DNA from: Eledone cirrhosa
Lineage: Eukaryota
Direction of reading: 5' to 3'
DNA: 64,000 nt
Assembly (NCBI GenBank): GCA_964016885.1
Contig: OZ024761.1
Coordinates: 10,168,001-10,232,000 of the forward strand
Shown: positions 11,231 to 24,900 of the stretch, in pieces
How positions within the stretch are numbered: position 1 is the first letter of the stretch
Layout of the letters: the number at the start of each line of letters is the position of its first letter
Notes under the pieces: generated by a model
What the model saw: only the letters and a program-made list of their open reading frames with translations
The model's database searches: none
Told to the model about the DNA's origin: nothing
Translations under genes and position numbers: made by a program

Positions 11231-11905
11231 ACCTCTCTCTTCATACATTGAGACTGCTACTGTAGCATTTACAATATACATGTTGTCACTTCCCCTCTCC
11301 CCCTCTCTCCTCTTACGACGATATATCTATGTCACCTCTTCCTCCCGCTCTCTCCATCTCTCTCTCCCCCTCCCTCTCCATCTCTCTCCCCCTCCCTCTC
11401 CATCTCTCTCTTTCCCTCCCTCTCCAACTCTCTCTCCATCTCCATCATCTCTCTCCCTCTCCTCTTACGACGATATATCTACCTATATATATATGTCACC
11501 TCTTCCTCCCTCACTTCTTCTCTCCCTCTCCGTCTCTCTCTCTCTCTCTCTCTCACTCTCCTCTTACGACGATATATATATATGTGTGTCACCTCTTCCT
11601 TCCTCTCCCTCTCCGCCCTCTCTCACCCTCTCACCCCCACCCCTACGACGACGTTTGATAATTCAACAACGTGAGTGGGGTGACGGATGGCGGGCGAGGG
11701 GAGTTGTTTTATTGTGTGTGACAGATGATATATGGCTTTTGGGCTTTTGGGCTGTCGGGGTGCTAAATGTAATGCTTAAAGGGTAAGAGAGATAGCAGGC
11801 ATTATATATATATATAGGGAGAGGAAGAGAGTGTATGTGTCAGAAAGAGAGAGGGTGAGTGGGTAATTGCTCACTATTAGACTAATGAGACGAGCAGATA
11901 GATAC

Positions 11906-11968
11906 ATTTCTTTATTAGCCACAAGGGCACAAAAGAAGGGGCCAAATACAAATGGGGAGTTTACATAC
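11906..11968 (-). mobile_element. Short 3' end of the same Tx1-like family
   Basis: Reverse complement reads GTATGTAAACTCCCC...TTCTTTTGTGCCCTTGTGGCTAATAAAGAAA; ACGAGCAGATAGATA flanks it on both sides (11890-11904, 11975-11989). Confidence 0.7.
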
Positions 11969-11974
11969 AGGTAT

Positions 11975-13190
11975 ACGAGCAGATAGATAGATAGATATAT
12001 AGGTAAGTAGATAGATTATAAATTAGTTAGAATTAATAGATAGATAGATAGATAGATAGAGTTAGAATTCAGATAGATAGATAGATAGATAGATAGAGGA
12101 GATAGATAGATAGAGTTAGAATTCATGGATGGATAGATAGATAGATAGATAGAAAGAAAGGTGAGTATAGATTAGTTAGAATTGATAGATAGATAGAAAG
12201 AAAGGTGAGTATAGATTAGTTAGAATTGATAGATAGCTATAGAGAGATTAGATAGACAGACAGATAAATAGGTATATGGATGGATAAATAGAGATAGAGA
12301 AAGGCAGAAATAGATAGGTAGCTAGATAAATAGAAGCCATTAGATTATGGAAAGATGGGTGGAGGGTGAGCTTTAACAGAAAGACAGTGAGGGGTGATTG
12401 CTGATAAGTACTGAAAGAGAAGGGAGGGAAAAACAATAAGAACCAGAGAGAGTAAAAGATTCAGCAAGTGAAACTGAGAGATTAATATGGAAAGACGAGA
12501 GAGTGTGAAAGACAGGGGGGATAACTGCCTTCTCTTGGACTAATGAGATAAGCAGAGCTAGATAGATAGATAGAGACAGACAGGTAGATAAGATATCCAT
12601 CCAAAGATAGATAGAGAGATAGAGGAGAGGGAAGTGATAATAAAGTGATGGACTATACAAAAGAGTGAAAGAAAGGAGGAAGAGAACTGAACATGGATGG
12701 ATATAGGATTCAGAGAGAGGGGGGAGATTTGGCAATGAACAGAGAAAGGGTGAGAGTAGAGAGGGGGTGGTATAAAGAATAGAAGAGAGAGAGGAACCAG
12801 AAACAATCAAAGACAGATGTATTAATGTCTAGAAAGAGAGGAAAGAGAGACATAGTGAGAGAGAGAGACCGGGAAATTAGAAAAGAGAGAGAGAGGAAGG
12901 AGTGTAGAGTGCATGGAGTAGTGAAAGGGAGAAGGCGGAGGAACAAAAGACAGTAAACTATAGGTGGTGGTGGCGGGAGAGAAAGGGGATGAGGAGAAGT
13001 GAGAAAGATAGGGAGACCGGTAAAGTGGAAAAGAGATTGAAAGAGAGAGAGCGAAGATGAGAGATTAAGCTGGCTAAGGAGAGAGAAGCAACTAAAGACA
13101 GATACAAGTAAACTATAGGAGGTGGTGAGGGGGAGGAGGAGAAGTGAGAGACAGAGGGGGAGTGTGTTTAAAAAACAACAACCACAAAAG
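11975..13190. repeat. (GATA)n and GA-rich low-complexity region
   Basis: Direct reading; recurring AGTTAGAATT motif at 12025-12230. Confidence 0.85.
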
Positions 13191-13434
13191 ATAAAAAACA
13201 ACAGAAGATTCAAGCTGGTTTCTTTCTATGTCTTCTGTTTGGTTGACTGCCTAAACTAAATGGATATTAATGGGTGTATATATATGTATATGTATGTATG
13301 TGTGTGTGTGTGTATATATGTGTTTGGGTATATGTATGTGTGTGTGTATCTATGTAAGTGTGTGTGTGTATACATATGTATGTATGTATGAACGTGTATC
13401 TATGTATATATGTATGTATGTGTATCTATGCATG

Positions 13435-13469
<35 letters not shown>

Positions 13470-15036
13470 GGCTACACGGTAATGAATGTACCTGTACATG
13501 TATGTGTGTTGGCAGGGTGAATTACATTTGAGTGTGCGTGTAGAACTGGAGAGAGAGAGAGAGTGTGTGTGTGTGAGAGAGAGAGGGGAAAGAGAGAAGT
13601 GAGAGAAAAATCTCTCACTCTGCCACTTTACTCCCCTCTCCCTCCACTGTCTTTTTCTCAGACTCCTCCTCCTCTTCCCCTCTCCCCTCCCTCTGCCACA
13701 TCACACGTCCTACACACACATACACATACACACACACACACCTCATGTACGTTATGCTACCGTATTTGGACATGTATCTTCTTTCATCTTTGATGCTGTA
13801 TTCGAACTTTTGATTGCAATGGCTACATAATAACACACACACATATATATATATATATATACAATCGTACACAACATACAACTACATATACACACATACA
13901 TGTATATATATATATGTGTGTTACTTATGTGCTGTTCTGTACATGCAAGTGAGTTTCCAGTTCCTATGAAAAAAATGGAGGAAAAAAAGCCATCCCAGCA
14001 TACCAACATTCCAGCGTTCCATCATTCCATCAAACCATCACTCCGCCATGCCACCAAACCACCATTCCATCAAACTACCAGTCCACCATACCACCATTCC
14101 GCCATACCACCAAACCACCAAACCACCATTCCACCATACCACTATACTGATTGTACTATCATACCATCATTGTACGATAATACCATCATTATCCATTATA
14201 CCTTAATAATAGCATAGCATCACCATTCCTCTCTACACTCCTCCCCTTCTCCTCCTCCTACTCCTCCTCTCCTCCTCCTCCGCCAGTCACCAATTCCTGT
14301 TCTCTCTCATTCTGTTCCAATTTTTCAGAATTCATCATTTGTGATTTCATTCCAGGTTCATCATCGTTTCTTTCTATGTGAGATGAGATTTTTCAATAGG
14401 AAACCATTTCTCTCTTTCCGCTATATCAAACCTCCCACCACCACCACCATCATCATCATTATCACTTCAACCACCACCGTAATCATCACCTCCACCACCA
14501 CCACCACCACCACCATAATCATTATCATCACCACCACCACTATCGCCACCACCATCACCACTATCACCACCACCGTCACCATCTCCACCACCACCACCAC
14601 ACTCTCTCTCTCTGATTCCAACCTCATCTTTCCTCCTATTTCCGCTCTCTCTCTCTCTCCCACCTTCCTCTTTCATCATTCCTCCCTCCACCTCCTCCTC
14701 TCTCTCTCTCTCTCACACCTTCCTCTTTCCTCATTCCTCCCTCACCCTCCATCTGTTTTCCGCCATCCCTCCCTCCCTCCGCTTCCTCTCTCCGCCATCA
14801 CCCTCTCTCCCTTCCTCTCATCTTCACCCCCTCCCACCTACTCTCTCTCTACCTCCCCCTTCCTCCCCTTTATCTCTCTACCCCCTCTCTCTCTCTCTCA
14901 CTCACTGTTCATTCTCCATGGCTCCATCTTGCACTTAGCTCGTTCATTGTCATGTATCGTCGAATGCAGCAGTAACGTTTCACAATGGCGGATGATGGTC
15001 TGCTTTCATCAAGTGTCGCCTACTCAGTGATGGAAA

Positions 15037-15123
15037 GCCATCGTTTCATCATCGTTTCATCATCGTTTCATCATCGTTTCATCATCGCTTCATCATCGTT
15101 TCATCATCGCTTCATCATCGTTT
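15037..15123. repeat. 11-bp tandem repeat CATCGTTTCAT, about 7 copies
   Basis: Direct reading. Confidence 0.9.
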
Positions 15124-15189
15124 TCCTCTCCCCGCCGCACATTTATCTATCGTCTGCTTGTCTGCATTTGGTTATATGAGAGGACGAAG

Positions 15190-16790
<1,601 letters not shown>

Positions 16791-16807
16791 TCTGTATGCA
16801 TACATAC

Positions 16808-16842
16808 CAGTGCACACAAAATCAGGAAGACATTCCACATGG
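16808..16842 (-). other. Candidate 35-nt exon
   Basis: Minus strand: ctctctttccag|CCATGTGGAATGTCTTCCTGATTTTGTGTGCACTG|gtatgt; frames [11 protein letters not shown] or [11 protein letters not shown]. Confidence 0.35.
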
Positions 16843-17134
16843 CTGGAAAGAGAGGGAGGAGAGTGAATGAATAAAGAGAGGGGTGGAGAGTTTGAGGAAC
16901 AGGCGGAGTGAAAAACTAAGAAAAGTGAAGGAGGAGAGGGTGAAGAAGAAGAAGAAGAAAATAGAAAGATTGACTGAGTTGAGTAAGTTGTGTCTTCAGC
17001 AATGTTGATTGATCTGCAGCAACTGCAGTATCGATTATGATGATGGCGGCGGTGGTGGTGGTGGCGGCGGTGGTGGTGGTGGTGGTGGTAGTGGTGGTAG
17101 TGGCCGTAATGATCATAGTAAAGGTGATAATGAC

Positions 17135-17222
17135 TGACAAAGGGAGAGAGAGAGACTGTGATACTTGCAGAGACAGAGAGATTAAGAGACTGACAGAGAG
17201 AGAGAGATAAAGAAAGGTTGAC

Positions 17223-17255
<33 letters not shown>

Positions 17256-17969
17256 AGCTGACAGAGAGAGAGAGAAAGAAAGAGAGAAGCTGACAGAAAG
17301 AGAGAGGGAGAGAGAATGAGATAGAAAGAAAGAGAGAAGTTGACAGAGAGAGAGAGACAATGAGATAGAAAGAAAGAGAGAAATTGAGAGAGAGAGAATG
17401 AGATAGAAAGAAAGAGAGAAGTTGAGAGAGAGAGAGAGAATGAGATAGAAAGAAAGAGAGAAGTTGACAGAGGGAGGGAGAGAGAGAGAAACTGAGATAG
17501 AAAGAAAGAGAGAAGCTGACAGAGAAGTTGAGAGAGAGACAATGAGATAGATAGATAGATATATATATATATAGAAAGAGAGAGAGAGAATGAAATAGAG
17601 AGAGAGAAAAAAAATGAGATAGAAAGAAAGAGAGAAGTTGAGAGAGAGAGAGAGAGAGGCGATTAGATAGAAAGAAAGAGAAGCTGACAGAGAGAGAGAG
17701 AGAGAGACAGTGAGATAGAAAGAAAGAGAGAAGTAGACAGATATATATATATATATAGAGAGAGAGAGAACTATTGCCAGTGAGAGAGAGAGACAGATAT
17801 ATATATAGAGAGAACTATTGCCAGTGAGAGAGAGAGAGAGAGTGATATATATAGAGAGAGAACTATTGCCAGTGAGAGAGAGAGAGAGACAGATATATAT
17901 AGAGAGAGAGAACTATTGCAGTGAGAGAGATATATATATATATAGAGAGAGAAAACTATTGCCAGTGAG

Positions 17970-18040
<71 letters not shown>

Positions 18041-18053
18041 TATTGCCAGTGAG

Positions 18054-18084
<31 letters not shown>

Positions 18085-18172
18085 ACTATTGCCAGTGAGA
18101 GAGAGAGAGAGACAGATATATATATATATAGAGAGAGAGAGAGACTGACAGTGAAAGAGAGAGAGATAGAGA
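17135..18172. repeat. GA-rich composite minisatellites
   Basis: TGAGATAGAAAGAAAGAGAGAAG(T/C)TGA units, then about 7 AACTATTGCCAGTGAGA units separated by variable (GA)n/(TA)n. Confidence 0.9.
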
Positions 18173-18508
18173 GTTATCTTATGTAAAATTACTGGTCCGT
18201 CAAAATGTGTGGTGTGGCATGTATATTGTGTGTGTGTGGTTATGTGAGTACCTGTGGTTCTATATATATGTGTGTGTGTGTGTTTATGGTAGAATTTGTG
18301 TTAATAGAAGCAGCTACAATATACCCACCCTATATCGTTACCAATTCAACAGACATCAGCAGTTTCACTTAATTCTGCAGTGGTATGGGTTTCATGACGA
18401 AAACAGGTCGAAATATGTTCCTCTTGAAACCGCTGATAATGCAGAGTTAAGTTGAACCGTTTATATAAAATGCGTTTATTGCTCTTTTCTTTCGTTTGTA
18501 CCCACAAC

Positions 18509-19056
18509 CAGTGGCGGACTGACCTGGTTGCCAGGTTTTCCAATGGCAAGTGGGCCCCAAGGGCGCCCACGGTATCATTGCAAGAGCCCACAGTAGCATT
18601 GCAGGGCCCACTGTAGTATTTTAGGGGTCAATGCTTTGCTTTCAAAAAATACCTGAAATCTAAGAGAAAGAATAACATTTTTTTTTAATTAATAAAACAA
18701 TCAAGCAAAGCGTTTGGTCAACCAATTCCTCCGCCACCGAGACAGCTACAAAAGTATAGTGAAAATTGATAATTATAAACCTACTTTCAAAATCAAAGTT
18801 TAAAAATTGTGGCGTCGTTCATGGTTTTCCTAGAGTTATTAGTAATATTTAGGGTCGACTTCTGGTCATTAGTGAAAGTGGATTTCGCAAAATACATAAT
18901 ATTTTTTATTGGAGAAGGTAAGATATTTTTCCGCAAAAATTTGTTTCTACTGTTTTGTTTCCACTTATGTATTTTTCGAAAATGTTATTTATTCATTATA
19001 CAAATTAAATGATAGCATTCTATATGTAGGTGGGCCCCTTCATCTCCTGGCAACCA
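18509..19056. mobile_element. Possible decayed non-autonomous DNA transposon (hAT-like terminus)
   Basis: Starts CAGTGGCGGA; GGTTGCCAGG...GGGCCC near 18527 is inverted as GGGCCC...CCTGGCAACC near 19032-19055; no TSD found. Confidence 0.3.
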
Positions 19057-19074
19057 ATATTTTTATATATATAA

Positions 19075-19282
19075 AATAAAACAAGGACGACTGGTTACTC
19101 TTTCATTACGTTTATTGGTTGGTGACGCGCGTTTCGCTATTGATCTGCTCAGAGTCGGGCTAGGTCGATACAGATAAAACCTTGAGCTGATCAATAGCGA
19201 AACGCGCGTCACCAACCAATAAACGTAATGAAGGAGTAACCATTCGTCCTTGTTTTATTATACTACACTCTGTATAGCTCTT
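19075..19282 (+). mobile_element. Fold-back half-hammerhead element, family B
   Basis: About 77-bp arms 19075-19151/19183-19259 with 3 mismatches; GAAAC-GCGC-GTC-ACCA at 19199-19214, stem III palindrome ACGCGCGT. Confidence 0.75.
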
Positions 19283-19396
19283 GATGCCCTAAGGACAGAC
19301 ACTAGTCTGTTGGAGACGCGCGACATGGCAGCGATAATGAGGGACAGAGACCGCTGGAGAGAACTCGTCCATGGATCTCGGGAATTTTACCCGCCC
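19283..19396 (+). mobile_element. 3' end of an RTE-like LINE ORF
   Basis: Translates DALRTDTSLLETRDMAAIMRDRDRWRELVHGSR, the DRxxWR terminal motif; runs into (TA)n. Confidence 0.6.
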
Positions 19397-19407
19397 TATA
19401 TATATAT

Positions 19408-19587
19408 AACGAAGGGGGTGTGGTAAGGAGCCAGGTGGACCATAACACACGAGAGTATTCGGGTAATATGAAAAGAGTCAGGACCCCGACGGCTGAGCTC
19501 CGGCCGTTTCGACAGCTAGATCTGAGTTCAGATCTAGCTGTCGAAACGGCCGGAGCTCAGCCGTCGGGGTCCTGACTCTTTTCATAT
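19408..19587 (-). mobile_element. Fold-back half-hammerhead element, family A copy 3
   Basis: Perfect 60-bp arms 19466-19525/19528-19587; GAAAC-GGC-cggagctca-GCC-GTC-GGGGTC; tail homologous to 3379-3456. Confidence 0.8.
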
Positions 19588-19603
19588 ATATATATATATA
19601 TAT

Positions 19604-19834
19604 ATATTTATTAAAATAACAGATTAAAGTTTAAGCAAAGAATCGCTGCTCTCACCCTTAACGGGATCTTCAACAGAGTTTCAGAAGATCCCGTTAAGGG
19701 TGAAAGCAACGATTCTTTGCTTAAACTATAATCTGTTATTTTAATAAATATTTGCTCTACGGTTCTTATATATTTGATATATATTTATCCTTATCGAGCC
19801 CGCTTTGGATTTTAGTCTTCAAATTTATTAATAT

Positions 19835-19838
<4 letters not shown>
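19604..19838 (+). mobile_element. Fold-back element, family C, with degenerate HHR-like core
   Basis: 68-bp arms 19604-19671/19684-19751 with 3 mismatches; CAGAAGA-TCCC-gttaa-GGGT-GAAA at 19682-19705; (TA)n flanks. Confidence 0.6.
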
Positions 19839-19912
<74 letters not shown>

Positions 19913-19991
19913 GTGTGTATATATGTATATACATGTGTGTGTATATATATATGTGTATATACATGTGTGTGTGTATATATATATATATATA

Positions 19992-20781
19992 CTAGCAGTA
20001 AAGCCCGGCGTTGCTCGGGGTCGCTCAGTAGCTGTGTTAAAGTTACAATGTTAAGTTTCTTTATTGGATTAAAAACTGTAGTGTCTACTGTGCAGACTTG
20101 CATGTGGTGTTTTTGATTAATATTCCCTCAACCAACAATATGCCTTATGAAGTTAAGAAAGCATAACGATAACCCGAATGTTATAACAAAAGAGGATGCT
20201 GGGGATAAAAACTGCACTGGTTATTAACAAAGATCGAAAATGTAAACACTGCAACGCAGAGAAAAACATTAGCGTAACCAAATTATCAGTTATGTCTGTC
20301 TGCACGACTGTCTGTCTGCACGCCTGAAATATTTGCTTGTTTTACGTAGTCTTTAAATAGACTTGTTTTCAAGTAAAAATATTGTTTTAAAATGCTTTTA
20401 AATGGAAATGAAGCAAAACGGAAGCTTAGTGTTCGAACTGATGAATTTTGCAGGTCAATATTTTGCTGGCTCGACAACTGTTCGTGTATTGTGTTAATGT
20501 CATTTTAAACGCTGAGAAAGCCAGCGTAATTTTTTACGTAAGACGCTCAATGTAAACAGAACAAAGGGAAATAACTGATAACTTACGCTCAAAATTCGAT
20601 ACATTATATTCGATTTCGTCACATAGGGTGGGTCAATTTGAAATATTTTTTTTCCGATGTCTTCGCTAGGGCTCAATGTACAAGTATAGCAATTTCTGTG
20701 CAATTCCGTCAGAGATTCTAAGAGGAGATGTGTGCCAAAAATCGATAGACAGACAGACAACCACAGTTTTATATATATAGA
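19992..20781 (-). mobile_element. Full-length 790-bp non-autonomous Helitron
   Basis: Minus strand begins A|TCTATATATATAAAA...(GTCT)n and ends CCCGAGCAACGCCGGG-ctttactg-CTAG|T: 5' TC, 3' hairpin plus CTAG, A|T target, no TSD. Confidence 0.85.
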
Positions 20782-21303
20782 TATGTGACACGAAGTTTTT
20801 GGCTGTTGTGGAAGAGGATGATAAGCACGACAAATACCAGTAATTCTAGTTGGATATATAACTTTACTTCACTTCAGTAAAAAGGAAAAAGAATCTGATT
20901 ACTTCGAATCATAAATATAAAGTTTGATTGTAGTATTCACAAATGAATATAGCGTTCAAAAAGGGTTCAGCGATGTTCCCTTAAAAAGTGAAAAGTTGTA
21001 ATCAGACAGTACGTACCGGCATAGTTATATTACTAAATCCCTCCAACTCCTGGGTGTTTAAAAAAACTTCTGAAAAATCATAGGCAGTGTCTTTCATTTA
21101 AAATATGGTAACGAAAGGGGTACAGTGTTTATATTTATCTAAAAGTCCCTCCATCGTAATTGTATGTAAGAAACTTTGTTAAGTTAAGTTCCAAACACCA
21201 GTTAAATAATGAGAACTTTTGACACATTATTAAATCCTACCAAAATGATTTTAAAATTACAAGCAGTGTCTTTCATTAGAAATATAGCAACAAAAAGGAT
21301 TAA

Positions 21304-21524
21304 CCCATTAGCATTTACATTACTCTATATTTACTATATTATTTTTGTGGTAAAGGCTTTATCTTACACAATTATCTCACATAGTATTGAATCTATGAGA
21401 TTTTGATATTATTTATTTTGAGAATAATACCTTAATGTGGGTATGAGCGGCCAGTTACAGCTGGTTTGAACAGAAAGAGTTGAGAGAATTTTGGCCGGAT
21501 ACGGCCGGTTTAAATGCTAAAGGG
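21304..21524. mobile_element. piggyBac-type MITE, 221 bp
   Basis: TTAA at 21300-21303 and 21525-21528; 14-bp TIRs CCCATTAGCATTTA / TAAATGCTAAAGGG with one mismatch. Confidence 0.85.
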
Positions 21525-21548
21525 TTAACAGCGGATACTGTAGTTATA

Positions 21549-21697
21549 AGGGGGTTGATTGGCTGGGTCGTTAGTCGTCAGATAGAATGATTTGCAGTAT
21601 TTATTCCGGCTCTTTGCGTTCAAATCCCGTCGAGGTCAACTTTGCCTTTCATCCATTTGAAGTTGATAAAGAAAAGTACCAGCCTAGTACCGGGGGT
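21549..21697 (+). mobile_element. Diverged SINE copy, 3'-truncated
   Basis: GTTCAAATCCCGTCGAGGTCAACTTTGCCTTTCATCC...GATAAA..AAAGTACCAG. Confidence 0.75.
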
Positions 21698-21905
21698 ATA
21701 TTGCTCCCCTATATCTCTTTCTCACTTGGTCTATCTCACTTTATATCCTCCTCTGGAAGGAACCTGCTGTGTTCAGGCATGAAGAGGAGATGGACTCCGC
21801 CATGTTTAAAATGCCCAAGAAATGGTATATACCTCTACGACTGTATCAGGAGTTACGGAATCATACCACTGTATGTGTAGGAGAAAGAAGCTAGTGCAGT
21901 CTTCA

Positions 21906-21986
21906 ACTCTTTTACTCTTTTACTCTTTTACTCTTTCACCTGTTCCAGCCATCCGGCTGAGGCCATGCTGGGGCACCGCCCTTTAA
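21906..21986 (-). mobile_element. 3' end of the second SINE-like family with (AAAAGAGT)n tail
   Basis: Reverse complement: AAGGGCGGTGCCCCAGCATGGCC-TCAGCC-ggat-GGCTG-GAACAGGTGAAAGAGT(AAAAGAGT)3. Confidence 0.7.
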
Positions 21987-24900
21987 ATACTCTCAACAAG
22001 AGCCACTCTCTTTAAATACTCTCAACAAGAGCCACTCTCTTTAAATACTCCCAACAAGAGCCACTCTCTTTAAATACTCCCAACAAGAGCCACTCTCTTT
22101 AAATAAACGAGAGCCACTCTCTTTAAATACTCCCAACAAGAGCCACTCTCTTTAAATACTCTCAATGAAAGCCACTCTCTTTAAATACTCCCAACAAGAG
22201 CCACTCTCTTTAAATACTCCCAACAAGAGCCACTCTCTTTAAATAAACGAGAGCCACTCTCTTTAAATACTCCCAACAAGAGCCACTCTCTTTAAATACT
22301 CTCAATGAAAGCCACTCTCTTTAAATACTCCCAACAAGAGCCACTCTCTTTAAATGCTCCCAACAAGAGCCACTCTCTTTAAATACTCCCAACAAGAGCC
22401 ACTCTCTTTAAATACTCCCAACAAGAGCCATTCTCTTTAAATACTCCCAACAAGAGCCACTCTCTTTAAATAAACGAGAGCCACTCTCTTTAAATACTCC
22501 CAACAAGAGCCACTCTCTTTAAATACTCTCAATGAGAGCCACTCTTTAAATACTCCCAACAAGAGCCACTCTCTTTAAATACTCCCAACAAGAGCCACTC
22601 TCTTTAAATACTCCCAACAAGAGCCACTCTCTTTAAATACTCCCAACAAGAGCCACTCTCTTTAAATACTCCCAACCAGAGCCACTCTCTTTAAATACTC
22701 CCAACGAGAGCCACTCTCTTTAAATACTCCCAACAAGAGCCACTCTCTTTAAATACTCTCAATGAGAGCCACTCTCTTTAAATACTCCCAACAAGAGCCA
22801 CTCTCTTTAAATACTCCCAACAAGAGCCACTCTCTTTAAATACTCCCAACAAGAGCCACTCTCTTTAAATACTCCCAACAAGAGCCACTCTCTTTAAATA
22901 CTCCCAACAAGAGCCACTCTCTTTAAATACTCCCAACAAGAGCCACTCTCTTTAAATAAACGAGAGCCACTCTCTTTAAATACTCCCAACAAGAGCCACT
23001 CTCTTTAAATACTCTCAATGAAAGCCACTCTCTTTAAATACTCCCAACAAGAGCCACTCTCTTTAAATACTCCCAACAAGAGCCACTCTCTTTAAATAAA
23101 CGAGAGCCACTCTCTTTAAATACTCCCAACAAGAGCCACTCTCTTTAAATACTCTCAATGAAAGCCACTCTCTTTAAATACTCCCAACAAGAGCCACTCT
23201 CTTTAAATGCTCCCAACAAGAGCCACTCTCTTTAAATACTCCCAACAAGAGCCACTCTCTTTAAATACTCCCAACAAGAGCCATTCTCTTTAAATACTCC
23301 CAACAAGAGCCACTCTCTTTAAATAAACGAGAGCCACTCTCTTTAAATACTCCCAACAAGAGCCACTCTCTTTAAATACTCTCAATGAGAGCCACTCTTT
23401 AAATACTCCCAACAAGAGCCACTCTCTTTAAATACTCCCAACAAGAGCCACTCTCTTTAAATACTCCCAACAAGAGCCACTCTCTTTAAATACTCCCAAC
23501 AAGAGCCACTCTCTTTAAATACTCCCAACCAGAGCCACTCTCTTTAAATACTCCCAACGAGAGCCACTCTCTTTAAATACTCCCAACAAGAGCCACTCTC
23601 TTTAAATACTCTCAATGAGAGCCACTCTCTTTAAATACTCCCAACAAGAGCCACTCTCTTTAAATACTCCCAACAAGAGCCACTCTCTTTAAATACTCCC
23701 AACAAGAGCCACTCTCTTTAAATACTCCCAACAAGAGCCACTCTCTTTAAATACTCCCAACAAGAGCCACTCTCTTTAAATACTCCCGACAAGAACCACT
23801 CTCTTTAAATACTTCCAACGAGAGTCACTCTCTTTAAATACTCCCAACGAGAGCCACTCTCTTTAAATACTCTCAACGAGAAGCACTCTCCTTAAATACT
23901 CCCAACGAGAGCCACTCTCTTTAAATACTCCCAACGAGAGCCACTCTCTTTAAATACTCCCAACGAGAGCCACTCTCTTTAAATACTCCCAACGAGAGCC
24001 ACTCTCTTTAAATACTCCCAACGAGAGCCACTCTCTTTAAATACTCCCAACAAGAGCCACTCTCTTTAAATACTCTCAACAAGAGCCACTCTCTTTAAAT
24101 ACTCTCAACGAGAGCCACTCTCTTTAAATACTCTCAACAAGAGCCACTCTCTTTAAATACTCTCAACAAGAGACACTCTCTTTAAATATTTCCAACGAGA
24201 GCCACTCTCTTTAAATATTTCCAACGAGAGCCACTCTCTTTAAATACTCCCAACGAGAGCCACTCTCTTTAAATACTCTCAACAAGAGCCACTCTCTTTA
24301 AATACTCCCAACGAGAGCCACTCTCTTTAAATACTCTCAACGAGAGTCACTCTCTTTAAATACTCTCAACAAGAACCACTCTCTTTAAATACTTCCAACG
24401 AGAGTCACTCTCTTTAAATACTCCCAACGAGAGCCACTCTCTTTAAATACTCCCAACAAGAGCCACTCTCTTTAAATACTCCCAACGAGAGCCACTCTCT
24501 TTAAATACTCTCAACAAGAACCACTCTCTTTAAATACTTCCAACGAGAGTCACTCTCTTTAAATACTCCCAACGAGAGCCACTCTCTTTAAATACTCCCA
24601 ACAAGAGCCACTCTCTTTAAATACTCCCAACGAGAGCCACTCTCTTTAAATACTCCCAACGAGAGCCACTCTCTTTAAATACTCCCAACAAGAGCCACTC
24701 TCTTTAAATACTCTCAACAAGAACCACTCTCTTTAAATACTTCCAACGAGAGTCACTCTCTTTAAATACTCCCAACGAGAGCCACTCTCTTTAATTACTC
24801 CCAACAAGAGTCACTCTCTTTAAATACTCTCAACAAGAGCCACTCTCTTTAAATACTCCCAACAAGAGCCACTCTCTTTAAATAAACGAGAGCCACTCTC

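Noticed and set aside
18356-18437. Hammerhead or fold-back element (ATCAGCAGTTTCA / TGAAACCGCTGAT)
   Set aside because: Only a 13-bp imperfect inverted match; no correctly ordered core with stems I-III.
21076-21290. Direct repeat GCAGTGTCTTTCATT about 177 bp apart
   Set aside because: Two diverged copies only, with no termini or TSD to define an element.
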